A DNA stretch of 64,000 nt, taken from assembly GCA_046563655.1 (NCBI GenBank), contig CM102290.1:682001-746000 (forward strand), in the 5' to 3' direction. A model generated the notes under the pieces. The model was not told the origin of the DNA, ran no database searches, and saw only the letters and a list, made by a program, of their open reading frames with translations. The translations under genes were made by a program, and so were the position numbers. Below are positions 43,481-57,200 of the stretch, piece by piece (position 1 is the stretch's first letter; every line of letters begins with the position of its first letter). Source of the DNA: Yuukianura sp. NJ FZ-2021 (lineage: Eukaryota).

Positions 43481-46345
43481 TTTGAACCGGAAGCTGCAAA
43501 AAACAAAATTTCAAAACAATGATTATTATGACATTGACAATTAACTTAAAAGTGAAAAAGTTAAACAATTTCCCTGGGAAATCATCGGTTTCATTCCCAA
43601 GGGCTGAGAACACTCTCAGCGATGCCTTGAAAAAAAAACTTTCAATTCATGACCTGCTTAAGCAATATCATCAAAAATGTCGTTAAACAAAAAAGGGAAT
43701 GGGCCAATCACAACTTCAGAAATTCTCAAGGACGCCGTGTACTAAAAGTTGCTTTGAAATTAACTTTTACCCCAAATATAAACAAAAAAGTTTCAAAAGC
43801 TCTTTGGGCTACTTAATTTGGCGCCATTTTGAGTTTTTTCGTAAAACAACTTTGCTTTTAACCGTTTTCTCAACAAATATTAGTTCAACATAGTTTTCAC
43901 CATTTCCGAAATAACATCAGCAATTTTCTCCTTCTGTGATGATTGTCTGGTAGTGTTGTAAGTTGATAGTTTGAAAAACGATCGAAATTTTAAAACTTGC
44001 ACATCCACGTATCGAAATTGAGCATTTTTGCACTTTCGTCTTTCCATTTCCGCCAATTCCTTTTTGAACTGATTTCAGTCCTTGTCCTCAATTTGAAATT
44101 TGCAAATTGCACTTTTTGGTTCCTCGTAGCCGCCATTTTTTTTTTTGTTAAAAAATGAACTCCTACCGCCTCTAATAAAAAATCTTGAATTCAGAAGGCG
44201 TTGCTCACTTGTGAGATGTTAAAATTAATAAAAGTGAAAAGTGAACCAGTTTTTGTCTCCTGAAGGAATACAACGTGTTAATTTGTATGTAGTTTAACAT
44301 TTGCCATTTGAGAAATAATGAGGTGACCAAACAGATTGGGAACAAAAAGAGTATAACAAACGAGGAGTATCACAAAAATATAACATTAATAGTGTTGTGA
44401 TGATCATCGTGCTGTTGCTGATGATGATGATGATGATGATGACGGTGGTAACCAAGTTACAGCAGTTGGTTCTTATTGCATAACGCTCCAAATAATAATT
44501 AAATGGAACAATCACACCTCACGTACTAACGTTAACAAAACTCATCACACTTTTACCCAACCCCTTTTAATTTTTTGTTCAAAATTCTGAAAAAAAATTT
44601 CACCCCAAAAAGCCAGTGAAGATGTTACGTCGAAATTACAACTTACTATTTCTACATTATATTTCATGTTTCCAACTAAATCGCTCAGAGAACGTTTTTG
44701 TACAACTAAAACGTTGAGAGAACGTTTTTTATGAGCGTGTTCCGTCGTATCTTAGGATTAGTCACTTGCCATACGAAAAAAAAAAAGAAGAGAGCCAGTT
44801 AATCACAAACGTGAAAAGCATAAACAATTAATGTGACTTGACACCTTTTCGTTTTTAGTAATGTGCAAACGCATTGTGCAAATTAACTTCAACATGTGAA
44901 AAAGTGTTATAAAAACGAGACTTATTTCCATTTCAAAATCCGAAATGTAACCAAAAGTTTCACATTAGCGTTAAACGTATCATCTCAAAGCGCATCTTCC
45001 TAAAAAACCACTCTGTACAGTAACATAGCCTACACTTTGACTATAAAAACAGAATTTGAGCTTTCGAGGTTAAAGTTAGCATTACTTTTAGTAATTATTT
45101 TCATGTTGACGTAACTGTAGTGTATTTTTTTTTCAATTTAGGTGCGTAACGATAGCAGAATTACAACTACCATATGAGTGAAACTGTGAAAAGTTAATGT
45201 TCCCTGATCACTTTTATGCATGTAATATAGCTAATACATAATTGAAAGTGAATGTAACAAAAGGAGGTAAATTCGTAATTGTTGTAGTCGACTGACCTAG
45301 TTTATTCACAGTTTTTTTTGTGTAGTACATGCAACTCGAAATTCCAAAAATTGCACAAAAAATAATTTCGAAAAAAGTGGATCTCAAGTTGCTAATTGCT
45401 TTGTTAAGAAAAGTGGAAGGTGCCAATAAGTTAGTCAGGTACCTTTTGGAGGAATTCCCTTGAACGGCGCACATCTCTTCGTTCTTTGTTCCCTTCCGCT
45501 CATAAGTCTTTTCAAAAAGTCTTTTCAAAGCAACACAAAACCGGAATTTTTAACACAAAAGCTATATGTTTTTTTTTCACTTTTTACTAAAACAATTAGT
45601 TACTGTGCACTTTTTTTGAGTTTGTTTTGTGGGTGCAACACCCTAAACTTAACTGTTTGTGATTGAGGGAATTGTACCAGAAAAGTTTAGGAAGTGAACA
45701 GTATGAGCAGCACATGCACATTTGGTGGCTCAGGCCCAAAAAATAGAGTTACGTGATTGTTGTAGTGGACCCCTTAAGTTAACATTAAGTGGTGGGTCAG
45801 ATTTGGTGGACTTTGGTTAGTTTTGTAAAGGTGCAGCACCTAAGGAAGCCTCAGCAGCAGTTGCTACAGGATCTGTGTAGCTACAACCCTCTCTTTAGCA
45901 GATCATATTTTAATAACTTACAAATTTCACTTTCTAACTTCGTTTTTTTACTTAAGGTAGGATGTTGTTGTGTAGGTTGATGAGCTCATCCGGGACCTGA
46001 GTCGAAGTCACTTTTAAGGTCTCGCAAGTCTATCGTCAAGTGCTTTGGCAAACAGCCGAGGGCCCCACCCCTTGGCGCCTCATCTACACTAACCTAACAC
46101 CACCACTGGTGTTGTCTCTCTTCATTACACTCAATTCATCCCCACCAGGGGTTGCATAATCCCCAATTTCCCCAATTAACAAACTAATTGCCTCTCTACT
46201 ACTTCAATTCTCAAATTTCAAAGTTATGCACCGCGCAGGGCAAACCAGACCACAGCATTGGTTTGTCTTCTTTGTGTACAAGGGCCCTTAAAAAGCGAAT
46301 TTGATACAAAAGGGAACAAAATTCAAATGCAAACGAAATAATTGT

Positions 46346-46552
46346 CAAGGTTCGTCAACAAAAAGAAAACTTTTTCTACACCGGGTTATCCAATAACTCC
46401 AAGTTTTTTGTTTGAAAGTAGTCTGTCTTCCTATAGCAATTTTTTGCATATAATCTAAATGGGATTGGTGTTGTTTGAAGCAAATTTTTGAAAACCCAGA
46501 GTTATTGGACAACCTGTTGTAGGAAACACAATTCGGTTGTCAAGGAACCTTG
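46346..46552. mobile_element. CAAGG-MITE (family C)
   Basis: CAAGGTTCGT...TGTCAAGGAACCTTG; flanks ATAATTGT / ATATTTGT (7/8). Confidence 0.85.
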
Positions 46553-48076
46553 ATATTTGTCAATTACTTACTGACAGTAATTTGTCACGATGACAAAAGA
46601 TGAATTAATTGAAAAGAAAAGAAAAACTTCGGAATTTTTTTTTGTAAACATGTTAAAGTTTTATCCGAAAAACAAAAATGTTACACACAAATCTGCGATA
46701 CAGCAAAAAAAAAGAAGAAAAAAGAAAACTTTTAAAAATTCAACGTTTTTTTTTCTTTACTTTTCTAAATTCCTACGTGTGCAAAATTTTGAAAAGTTCC
46801 TGCTAAATTACTACCAACGAAAAAAATGACAAAAAATATCACATTGGTTACAATGTTTGACAATTCAGAATTTTTGCAAAAAGTTTCAACAGAAAGCTGA
46901 ATGAGGTGTATGGAAATCCCAAAAAATTTCGCAAACTTAATTTGCAACACAAAAACTTACTTTGGTAAACTTCCAAGGAGTTGCAAAAAGTTGTTCGTCT
47001 TGTATACCAAGATGATCCAAAACGAAGTCCAAAACACTCCAGAACACGTCCAAATCCACACTTTTTTAAACTGACAATTTTTTCAAAAATTTGACTTTCT
47101 TGACAATTCAAAATTTTGAAATTGAATTTCGTTTTTTTTAGCAAAAAATGTCCAGCGCTCCTTTGAATACTTTTATCCAAATTTGGCACCTAACGCGTGT
47201 AAATTTTTGTTTCGTTTTTTAAAAAGTGCAAAGGACACGAACTTTTGTTGTTGTAGCTTAAAAACGCCGGTAATTTTTGAAATGCTGAGACTTTGATCCG
47301 TTCAGGAGCTCTTAACTTTTAGAAGTAAAACAATTAAATTAGATTCCATGTTATAATAATACGATGAGAGAGTGACGTTGGCCTTGCCTTTAAAGCCACC
47401 AAGGGACACTCCAAGGGGTGCATTCGGCACCCAAGGGACGAAAACAGAGGGAAATTCAAAATTGAGATGGAAAGTTCGATGTTGTCAAAAGATACTCTCT
47501 CCGTACCTTCTTTGTCGTCTAGTATGCGCATAAACCAAAAACAAAACCTATGCGCACAAACAAAAAAAGTTGGTTAGGCGCATACGTTTCAAACAGCTTA
47601 GTCAGAGCCACCACCGCCCCCTTAATTAGAATCTTCTTTTGTCGGTTTACATTCAACACGAAACAACAAAAAAGCATGAGTTTCGGTATCAATCAAAGCC
47701 CTCAGCACAACCCTGATGTTAATTACTGTTAATCAGCATTTTGCAAAACTAATTCTAAAGCACAATTGCACAGTCGGAGATTGCACTAGTGTTTCCTTTT
47801 CTTAAACTTTCCCACCTTTAGAATTGAAGTAAGATGGAAGTTGTTACTCAATTAAAACCCTTTCTCACCCCTTATCTATTCAAAAACCAAAAAATATTGA
47901 GTCACTTTTACAACTTCAAAAATTTGTTAGGTCACAGTGCGATGCAATAGGAGACAGGATGTCGTGACCTCTAACACAAACTTCAAACGAAAAAAGAGTG
48001 GCAAGTCGTATCACTCGTAACAAACAGTTGTCATCTCAAAAAAAGTGCGACATGTCACACGTCTTACAGAACCGAC

Positions 48077-48346
48077 CAAGGTTTCTTGACAACAAAAAGT
48101 TAATTTTTTTTAACAGGTTGGGTACTACCTCGCTTCTTGACAAAAACGAAAATACCAAAAATTAGTTACCAATTTAGTACAGATCCACAAAATTTGTACC
48201 AATTCGTATGCAAAATTTAAAAAAAAATTGGCTGAATTGTTATGACTAAGATGCCCCGAAATGAAAAGAACTTTTTGTTTTGCAAAATCGAAAAGCAGGA
48301 GGTATTATCCAACCTGTTAAAGAAAATCAGAAGTCAACACACCTTG
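48077..48346. mobile_element. CAAGG-MITE (family C, long subfamily)
   Basis: CAAGGTTTCTTGACAAC...AACAGGTTGGGTACTACCTCGC ... CCAACCTGTTAAAG...ACCTTG; flanks GAACCGAC / GAACTGAC (7/8). Confidence 0.85.
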
Positions 48347-50269
48347 GAACTGACGGAACTTGACAACATTTTCGAAAACATTTTTTGAAAACGAAACATG
48401 ATGTGTAAGTGGGCGTATTGGATGGCCATGACACGGACAGCGTCGTGTCAACTTTTTTGGATTAAGATTTATAGATAAAATCCAAAAAGTTTCACAATAC
48501 CTGTCAACACTTTAAAAAATTTTTGAAAAAGTCTCACTTTTTTTTAGGTTCATCTTGTACAAATATGAGTCCAAAATTTATTAAAAGCTAATCACGAACA
48601 GCACAGAATCAATTTAGCTTAGAAATTTACAAACTTTCTTTCTGCCAACAACAATTTTCGTCACGACATAGCTTGGAAGTGTGAATTACTATGAAAAAAA
48701 ATGTAAGCTAATTTAACATGGTCAACTACCTCATCATCTTTAACAACTTGCAAAAAAAAATTGAACAAAACGAGCAGAACCACAAAAGTAATCGTGTTTT
48801 GATTTTTTACGAAAACCAACGTGTTGAATAACACCTTTACACTCATATTTCTTAATATTCATAAAAATTGATATTCATTTCATATAATTTTGAAACATTT
48901 TTTTTGTGTAAAAGTGAAAACGGAAGTTAACGGAAGTAAGTGATCAGTTCGAAAGAAGAAATTGAGTAGAAAGACCGGTCAGACAAAAATTGATCTGCAT
49001 TTAATTAATTACTATTCAGCGTTAGTTACAGGAAGTACACAGGAAACGAAACGACTTTTTGGTAGAGTAACATTTGAGATGGTTTTTACAATCGCAGAAT
49101 CAAATGACGCCCATTTTCAAAAAGAAATCAATGCACAAGTCACGTTTACATTTTAGAGTCATGCGCATTTGCAGACTATGCAAAACGAAGAATGGATCTT
49201 CACAAATGGACAAAAAACTGAAAATGAAAAGCGAAATGAAAATGTTGATGATGCGCCGGCAAATTAGATAAGCCAAATATTGACAAAGTTAAAACGATTA
49301 GACAGACTCATCCATTTGACATGTTAATTACTGATATGTAAAAGGTGTAGTAAAAACTAATCATTCAGTTCAATTAACAAAATACAATTCAAAACTTCCA
49401 TATTTTTATACTGAATATGACTAATTAATTACAGTAAGAACAGAAATATTGGTCAGATAAAATGTAAAAATGGCGGTAGAATTTTTCTGAATTTTCCCCC
49501 CAATATTTCCCAGGGAAATATTACGGGAAATTTTCCCGCAACCTTTGGCACCAAACCTGAAATTTGCTTTGTTTCATGGACGTGGCAGAGGAAAAAAACC
49601 ACCTTGGACAACATTTCACTGATTGAGCAGGTAAAGACCGTCGATAAACTTTAAAAATGAAAGTGGCATTAAATTTTTCCGTGTCATTGTTTAAAACCTT
49701 GGTAAATTCTCCATATTTAGGTTAAATATTGTTCCATTTTAAACTAAAAATTGGCCATTGCGTTTAGGTAATTGGAATTTTTGGGTTTAAGGGAGTTTCC
49801 TCTTAAACTTTTTAATTTTGCATTTTTGCACAACAGTTTAAAGGAAAAAAGGAGGTTAGTGAATAATCCTTATACAGGGAAATAATCACCTGAAAAAAAG
49901 AGTTCAGTTTCTTATTTGGTGAGTTTGTGTTGTTACATTACGTAATCATAAATAAATCAGGATCATGGGTAATCGACACAAAAAAAAGGAGTTATTACGA
50001 ATGCCTATGTAACACAAGTTGTAATGCCTAACGTAGACAATATTGACCTAGTTCACACGCTTCTCACCACCACCATCACTTATAGTACTTAACGTGTACT
50101 AACTATAGTAAAGCTCCAATTAATAATCAAAATCATTATGACCTTACCAGAGTCTAAACGAGTTAACCACAATTGGAAACCAAACAAGGGACAGTTCACG
50201 TTTTGCGGTAATTTCTCAACATTGAGCCATATTCAGACAATTCCAATGGAAAACGCCTACTGCCATGTC

Positions 50270-50545
50270 CAAGGATCCTTGACAACGGAAAATAAATTTT
50301 CTTCAACAGGTTGGGTACTACCTCGCTTGTTCACAAGAAAAAAACGAAAAAAAAAACAACATCAAGAATTGGAACGAATTTTAGTACCAATCCAAAAAAA
50401 ATTGTACCAATTCGTAAGCAAAATTTTAAAAATTCGGATTCGGAAAACTGCGATGCCCTGAAAGTAAGAGATTTTTTTTTGCGAAATCAAAGAAAGAAGA
50501 CATATTACCCAACCTGTTAAAGACAATCAAAGTTAACAAACCTTG
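50270..50545. mobile_element. CAAGG-MITE (family C, long subfamily)
   Basis: Colinear with the 48077 copy; perfect 8-bp TSD GCCATGTC at 50262-50269 and 50546-50553. Confidence 0.9.
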
Positions 50546-51216
50546 GCCATGTCAGTACTTGAAAACTTCTTTCAAATCTGGAAATAAAATAAAATCACAA
50601 TGGTTAAAAAACGACAACAACATATTTTTGAGGTGAAATTTTGGTTAAAAGTGAATTTGTAAAGTTACCTTAAGGTGAGTACCGTCGTTACATCTTAATG
50701 ACACAAAAAAGTGAAATGATGGCGGTGACCACTTTTTGATCATTCTGAATTCTACGCTTTTTTTTTGTTCATAAGCCTCGATAATTGTTTACAACAAAGG
50801 TCAAAACAAGTGATGTTCAATGTGACCTCATTCTTGGCCTGAATTATTTTTTTCAAAAAATGAATTTTTGTGACTGAGAACTTCAAAAAACACTCTTTTT
50901 TCTTTCTAAAACTGTGTGAAAACTAAACTTTTTGTAAATATATAGAAATATTTTATTTATAACATGCTGATTAGAACAACAATTAGTATTAAATTCGACA
51001 TAAAGTCAAGTCAAAGTATATGTAACGTAACCTGGGAATTAATAATATGCCCTACCAGTTAATACTTTTTGAATGTCAAAAAATGTGTAGTATATCGTCT
51101 AACCTTAACCTAAAAAAAACTTGTCAAAGATTTCTTCCAAAGTCTTGTGTCATAGAAATTTCCTTTCCCCGGGTTAAAACAGCAAGTCGCTTCACTTTCA
51201 AATTTCCTTTGGTTCT

Positions 51217-54200
51217 TTACTGTTCTTCGTCTGTCAATGGCTCATAGTTTGGATGGGTTTTGGCTGAAGGTCGCGAGTCTGCCGCACTTCCCCCGGTGGG
51301 TGACGCGTCCTTGTCCCGTCCACCTTCAGCCCCGCCTGACTCATCAATCACCATTGGAATCGGACTCTCTGTTCCTGATCTTCCTCGTCCAAGGTCATCC
51401 TGAAACCAAGTCAAACACTTTAGAACATATCATCATGCGGAGTTGTCATAGTTTCAATAGTTTTACCTTATCTGACTGTCGCTGATTTTCTGAATGTGGA
51501 TCATGGGAGGTAAGAGGGAGACTACTGGCTGACGATCCACTTGGAGGAGATGCCCTAGCACTTCCGCTTGATTTGGCCGTCGTTCCAGCCTGCGAGGTGA
51601 CAGGAAGAGGGAGGGCAGGCGGCGGTGAGGTCAAGTCCGTCCCTTGCTCTTCCCCTGCTTTATCCTCCTTGTTCTCCGTTCTCATCACTTCCATTATCCT
51701 GTTCTTAACATAGTCAAGAGGGGAGATGCCCTCTCGTGGTTTGTTTTTGTTCGGATCCAAGGTCACCGGTTCCCTCAACTCAGTCGCCGATTCACCGGAA
51801 CTGTAACAGTTAGCATATGACATTGAATGCTTCGTGGAGGTTGTTGGATAGGGACAGAATAGGAAGCAGCACTACGGTTTACACTACAAGAGATCAGAGG
51901 TTGGCACAGGGCTCAACCCAGAGTAAGTTCCAGCACTAACTTTTAAGTAAAACGTTCAGTTACTCTTAGTTTTATTATTCACTTTGAAGGACGACTGAGA
52001 TCAACTCTAGCTGAGTCTCTCATCATCTCATAAAAGCTCTTTCAAATAGTTATTTTTCGTTTCTTTTTGTTTATAATCAAACAATCAGCCTTTACCTTAA
52101 CTTTTTATACTGAGTAAAAGTTTTAAAAAAAACGAATGCATTGTTATTAGCGTGTTGCTTGGAGGTCAAATCATATTTTGTCGTCAAAAATTTAAAAAAA
52201 TAAAACAAAAAAGAAGATGAACGTTTTCGTCTTGAGTTGAATTAAAAAAATCAGGAAATGTGGAGAGGAACCAAAAGAAAAATGAAAAAAGAAAACCAAA
52301 AGAAAAAATGCGTTGCTTGCTAAGAAAAAAAAAGTCAAAAATAAAAATCTCACTAGCTGAAGTTGGACTCTTTGGTAGGTGCTGACGGAGGGCGGGAGTG
52401 TTGTTGTTGTTGTTGCTGATGATGTTGCTGTTGTTGTTGTTGATGTTGTTGCTGTTGATCAACTTGAACAACACGGATAATATGTCTCTCATCAGACATA
52501 TGATGAACTTGCTGTTGTTGTTGCTCCTTTTCATGCTGCAAAGCTCGTCGTAGTTTCCAGCTAATGTAAGGACCAACATCTTCTTGAGTCTTTGGATGCG
52601 ACGAAATATACTGTTGCTGCTGCTGCTGTTGGATTTGATGGGGCTGTGACACCACTGGCATGGACACTTTCTGAGCGCTGCTCGTCGTTGGATTTGAGTG
52701 TCCCATTGATGAACCTTTCCGAGAAGCATAATCTTTGGAGATTATCAAGTCAATATGATCACCCCAAGTCCCACCTACGTCATAAATCCCAACCAACATC
52801 ACACATTAAGCGACTATCCCAACAACGCATGCTCTCTCATAGAGACACGACATCTAAAGCAAAACTTTTGCTTTTCTTCACGTTTTCATAGAAAAAAGTT
52901 ACTTTCACTTAAAAAACTACGCCGGGTTTTTTCAAAATTAGGTTACGAGCGGCAGAGATGATGTTCCTCTCGCACGTAACCAAACTAGTACTGTGACTGG
53001 GAAAAGGTCAGCATGCGCGTGTGATAGAGCTTCTAAGTGTTTAAGAAACTTACTTCGTACAGCATGTCAGAAACATATTCGCCACTAATACGTTTACAGT
53101 GAGTTTCGACATTGAAAACGAAATTAGAACGACGAAACTGTTCTCTATTCTGACATGCTGTACTTAATGCGAAGGAAGCCAAACACAACAGGCGTAACAC
53201 TATGTCATAATTTTTATTACCTTGAGGATTCCGGTGGTCCAGGGCGTGTCCTTCGTCCATTCGCATATCCTCAGCATGGTGTTGCTGCTGGTGATGTTGC
53301 GGAGGAGGTGGATGTGGCGGTCTCTCCATTTGTGTGAGTCGATTTGGGGATAAGTGAGACTGTGCCTGTTGGTGCGGTGGTTGAACACATCGTTGAAAGG
53401 AGGCAAAGAGCCGATCCCCAGTTCTGGACGAAGGGATTGGAGACTGGCGGTCATGTACTGAGGGCTGATTGATTTGATGCGTAATAATAGCATCGATAAG
53501 TGAGGCAGCAGTTAGTGTCGCATCCTGGGCTCCATCTCGCACATACCGTGCCTCAGCTTCCTTTCGGTTTCTAATTTACAAAAAAAAAATCACCTTTGAA
53601 CAATTAGTTTCTGGAATTTCACTGTTATGGAACATACTACTCCTAGCAACCTAACCTTGCGAAAACAGTGGAGTTTTTCTACCGAGCAAAAATCAACGTT
53701 TTTGCAAAAATCTCACATCGCCCCAACACCATTCCAAATTCTGTGAACAATAAAAAAAAGGTAAATAACTAAAACCCTATAAAATGTTTAAAACAAATTT
53801 AAAGATGAATTTTAAAAAAGCATCAAGCGTACATAATTGACTTTTCAGTTTTTTAAAATGTCATTTCTTAAATTAATTTGAAACATTTTATACGTTGGTA
53901 ATTATATTGTTCACAGAATTTGGAATGGCGTTGGGGCGATGTGAGATTTTTGCAAAAACGTTGATTTTTTCGCTAATTGCTCGGTAGAAAAACTCCACTG
54001 TTTTCGCAAGGTTAGGTTGCTAGGAGTAGTACCGTGAGGGATCGTGCATATTTTGAATCATAGACGGCTGATGACTTGGTCCGCGTAAGAGTTGAGCCTG
54101 TTGATGGGGTTGAATGTTCAAACGACTTCGTTCCATATCCACCATACTTTTACCTAGACCTTCCCGAACTACATCCACTGAATTACAATAAATATAGTTT

Positions 54201-57200
54201 ATAATTAGATTAATTAATTAAAAACGTTAAGTAATAACTTTTCTTACCTCTGGGTAGTCCAAGACGAGGCCTCGGATCATCTTTTGGAACAGGTAGACTT
54301 GGTTGTGCTGCCGCAATATCAACTAGGGACGCAAATGCGTCGTGCTGTTGCGAATACCTTCCTGGCTCTTGTTTGATTACAGGACCTCAAATTCACAAAA
54401 ATTGTCCAATATTGAAAAGTGACTTTTTCAGTTCTCAACACTAAGGTAGCCTTGGTAGTTTTCTACTAAGCGATCACCAAAAACGAACGTTCTTTCAAAA
54501 ATCTCATATTACCCCAGCGTCATTGGAATTTTTTTTTTGAAAATTATACTTAGCAAGGTATAAAATAATCAAAACGAATCTAAGAAATATGAATTGAGGT
54601 TTTACAAAAGGTGAAAAGTGAACCATGATGAAAGTTTTGACTTCCCGTCTTTGAAAAAAAGCCTTTAACTTTTTTTAGATGATTTTCTCTTCCTATTGTT
54701 CAAAAAAATTCAAATGCAGTTGGGGTCACATGAGATTTCTCCAAAAACGTTCGATTTTCGATCGCTGACGCTCAGTAGGATAAACACCAAGGTTTTTTTT
54801 TCACGTTAGATTGGTAGGAGTACTAATTTAAGGTTGGATTGAAAGAAGTAAAGTGATACATGGTAACATACGGTTTTGATTAGTTCGGTGAATGACACCT
54901 TGGCGCTGTTGTTGATGATGCTGGGCAGGCGGCGGTGACTGTCTGTAAGGAACTTCATTTCTCGGTGGTAAGATGTACACTGGATGCCCATGATGTCCGG
55001 ATACTGGAGATGGCGGAGGTCCACGCTTACTCATATCCACCCTCAACTGTGACTGATTTTGAAGGGAGGTTTGCATATGTGGTGGTGGCGGTGGGGCTTG
55101 CTGCATCTGCTGAGACGTGTAGTAGTCATTAATAATGATTTGTCTGGAAGTGTTGTGCTGCTCAGCTGAATAGTTGGATGCATGGGCTCCTGCTAGTGGC
55201 GGAGATCGATGTCCGGACGGTGATTTTTGGTTGTAAAATTGTTGTGGATGAGTTCCTAAAATAGTTTAAACAAATCACAATTTCCAATCTTGTAAGCACA
55301 ATTCAGTTGTAGTTTTATATGACAATACCGTGATAACTGTAGGATGCTGGAGACAGTCTCTTGTAGTTATCTGGTGACCGGTCATACATGTATGGACTCG
55401 ATGATTGTTCTTTGCCCCTCACTTTATCCAACGGCGTTCCATGCGTGATGGAGCCTTCCTTCATCGGTTTTAAAAGCCCCTCGTATTTAGATGGCTGCAT
55501 TTGATGTTGCTGTTCAAAATACAAAGAAAACACTTTTATGATTCTTTTAGGGGTTGTACATCCGTGTAAATCCGGATTTCGGATTTTTACTTCTGAAATC
55601 CGGATTTAAATCCAGACTTCATATACTTCTGAAGTCCGGATTTCATATCCGGATTTTTCAAGTAAATGCATATGAATTTTGTTTTGTTGGTTTTTCAAAA
55701 CTACGAACAAGGTTGGTTTTATACTCCAAAAAACTTGCACAACAAACATCAGGAATATTCTGTTTTCATAAAAATTTGTCTCAAGAAACATTTTTTAAAA
55801 CTCAATTTTTCGATTTGTGATGTCAATTTTCTAATTGTCCATACCCTCAAACGGGATTAAAAATCCGCCAAAATCCGGATTCACTTTTTTCACACTTCGG
55901 ATTTGGAAGAATCCGAATCCGGATTTGAATCCGGAACAAAAATTCGGATTTGAATCAGGAACAAAAACCCGGGCTTGAATCCGGAACAAAAATCCGAATT
56001 TACACCTCTACATTCTTTCCACTTCATAACACTTGATTCATAATTAAACTTAAAAATGTTACCTGATGCGACATTTGGAGTGGCGTGCCATGCGTTATGG
56101 ACCCATCCTTAAGATTGCCATGCGGAGATACTGCTGGTGGCTTTGTAAGAAGTGGTGGTGGGGGTAGCACTTTGGTTGTTTTCATTCCTGGCATTTGCTG
56201 TGCCATTTGAGGTGGACGGGATCGGCCCATACTAGGATACTTTGGATAGTAGACTTCTTGCCGATTCGTGTATTCCATTGACTGATGAGCTGGAGGGGGA
56301 TGACCACCGCTCGACGGAGGGCGCTGTACAGTCACTTGAGGTGACGGTGTTCGTTTCTTCATGCTCAAATCCAACGTTTCATATTCGTCTCTGGGAGGCT
56401 GCTGTTGCTGTTGTTGTTGTGGCTGAACAGCAGTATGTTGGATATGGACTACCGGTACATTGTCTCGAACGTCTCGAACAATCATGTGCTGCTGAGGTTG
56501 GGGTACTCCTGCTCTCATGTCCTTAACACTGCTACTGTAGTAGATCGGATGATGCTGAAAGTGTTGAGGAGAAGAATGCGGCATTGTTGACGCATGATGA
56601 TTGAGTGATTGTGTTTGTCCACTTGAAATGACGACTGGTGGAGGTGGTGGGAGATGGAGACGATCTTGACTTTTCAGTATTGATTGAATGGTGGGTGATA
56701 CACTCGGAGGCGGTTGACCTGATTGGTGTGAATTTTGACTATGATTTGGAGGTTGGTTCGGCATTGGATTCTTTCTCAATTGTCTCTCAATCGTAGCCAA
56801 CATCAAATCCTTCACCGTCATTGGTTCATGTGTCTCATTGACTTCAGGGCTCGGATGTCTCATGCTTGGATGATGTCCATGCTGGTCAACATGAAGTTGT
56901 TGTTGCTGTTGATGAAGAAGTTGTTGCTGCTGTTGATGATGCTGGGACATCATTTGCTCCTGTTGAATCGAATATGCTTGCTGATGAGACGACGGTGAAG
57001 AATGCAGTTGAAATGCCGTTGTAGTCGACGGTCTTGTTGGAACATGGTAAGCACCTTGCTTTTGTTGTTCCTGAGCCTGACGATACATTGCATTTTGTGC
57101 AATAATCGTTTGAACAAGTGGATTTGAATGCAGACCAACTTGAGAATCTTGTGCATGCTGAACTTGGATTCTTGCTACATCGTTTCCATCATTCGAAATC

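Noticed and set aside
44417..44443. (GAT)n microsatellite and poly-Ile ORF
   Set aside because: Ordinary short microsatellite; the ORF is an artefact.
43900..51200. Many 60-113 aa K/F/N-rich ORFs
   Set aside because: Composition reflects poly-A/T tracts and MITEs; no exon chain or domain; no transposase or horizontally acquired gene recognised in the window.
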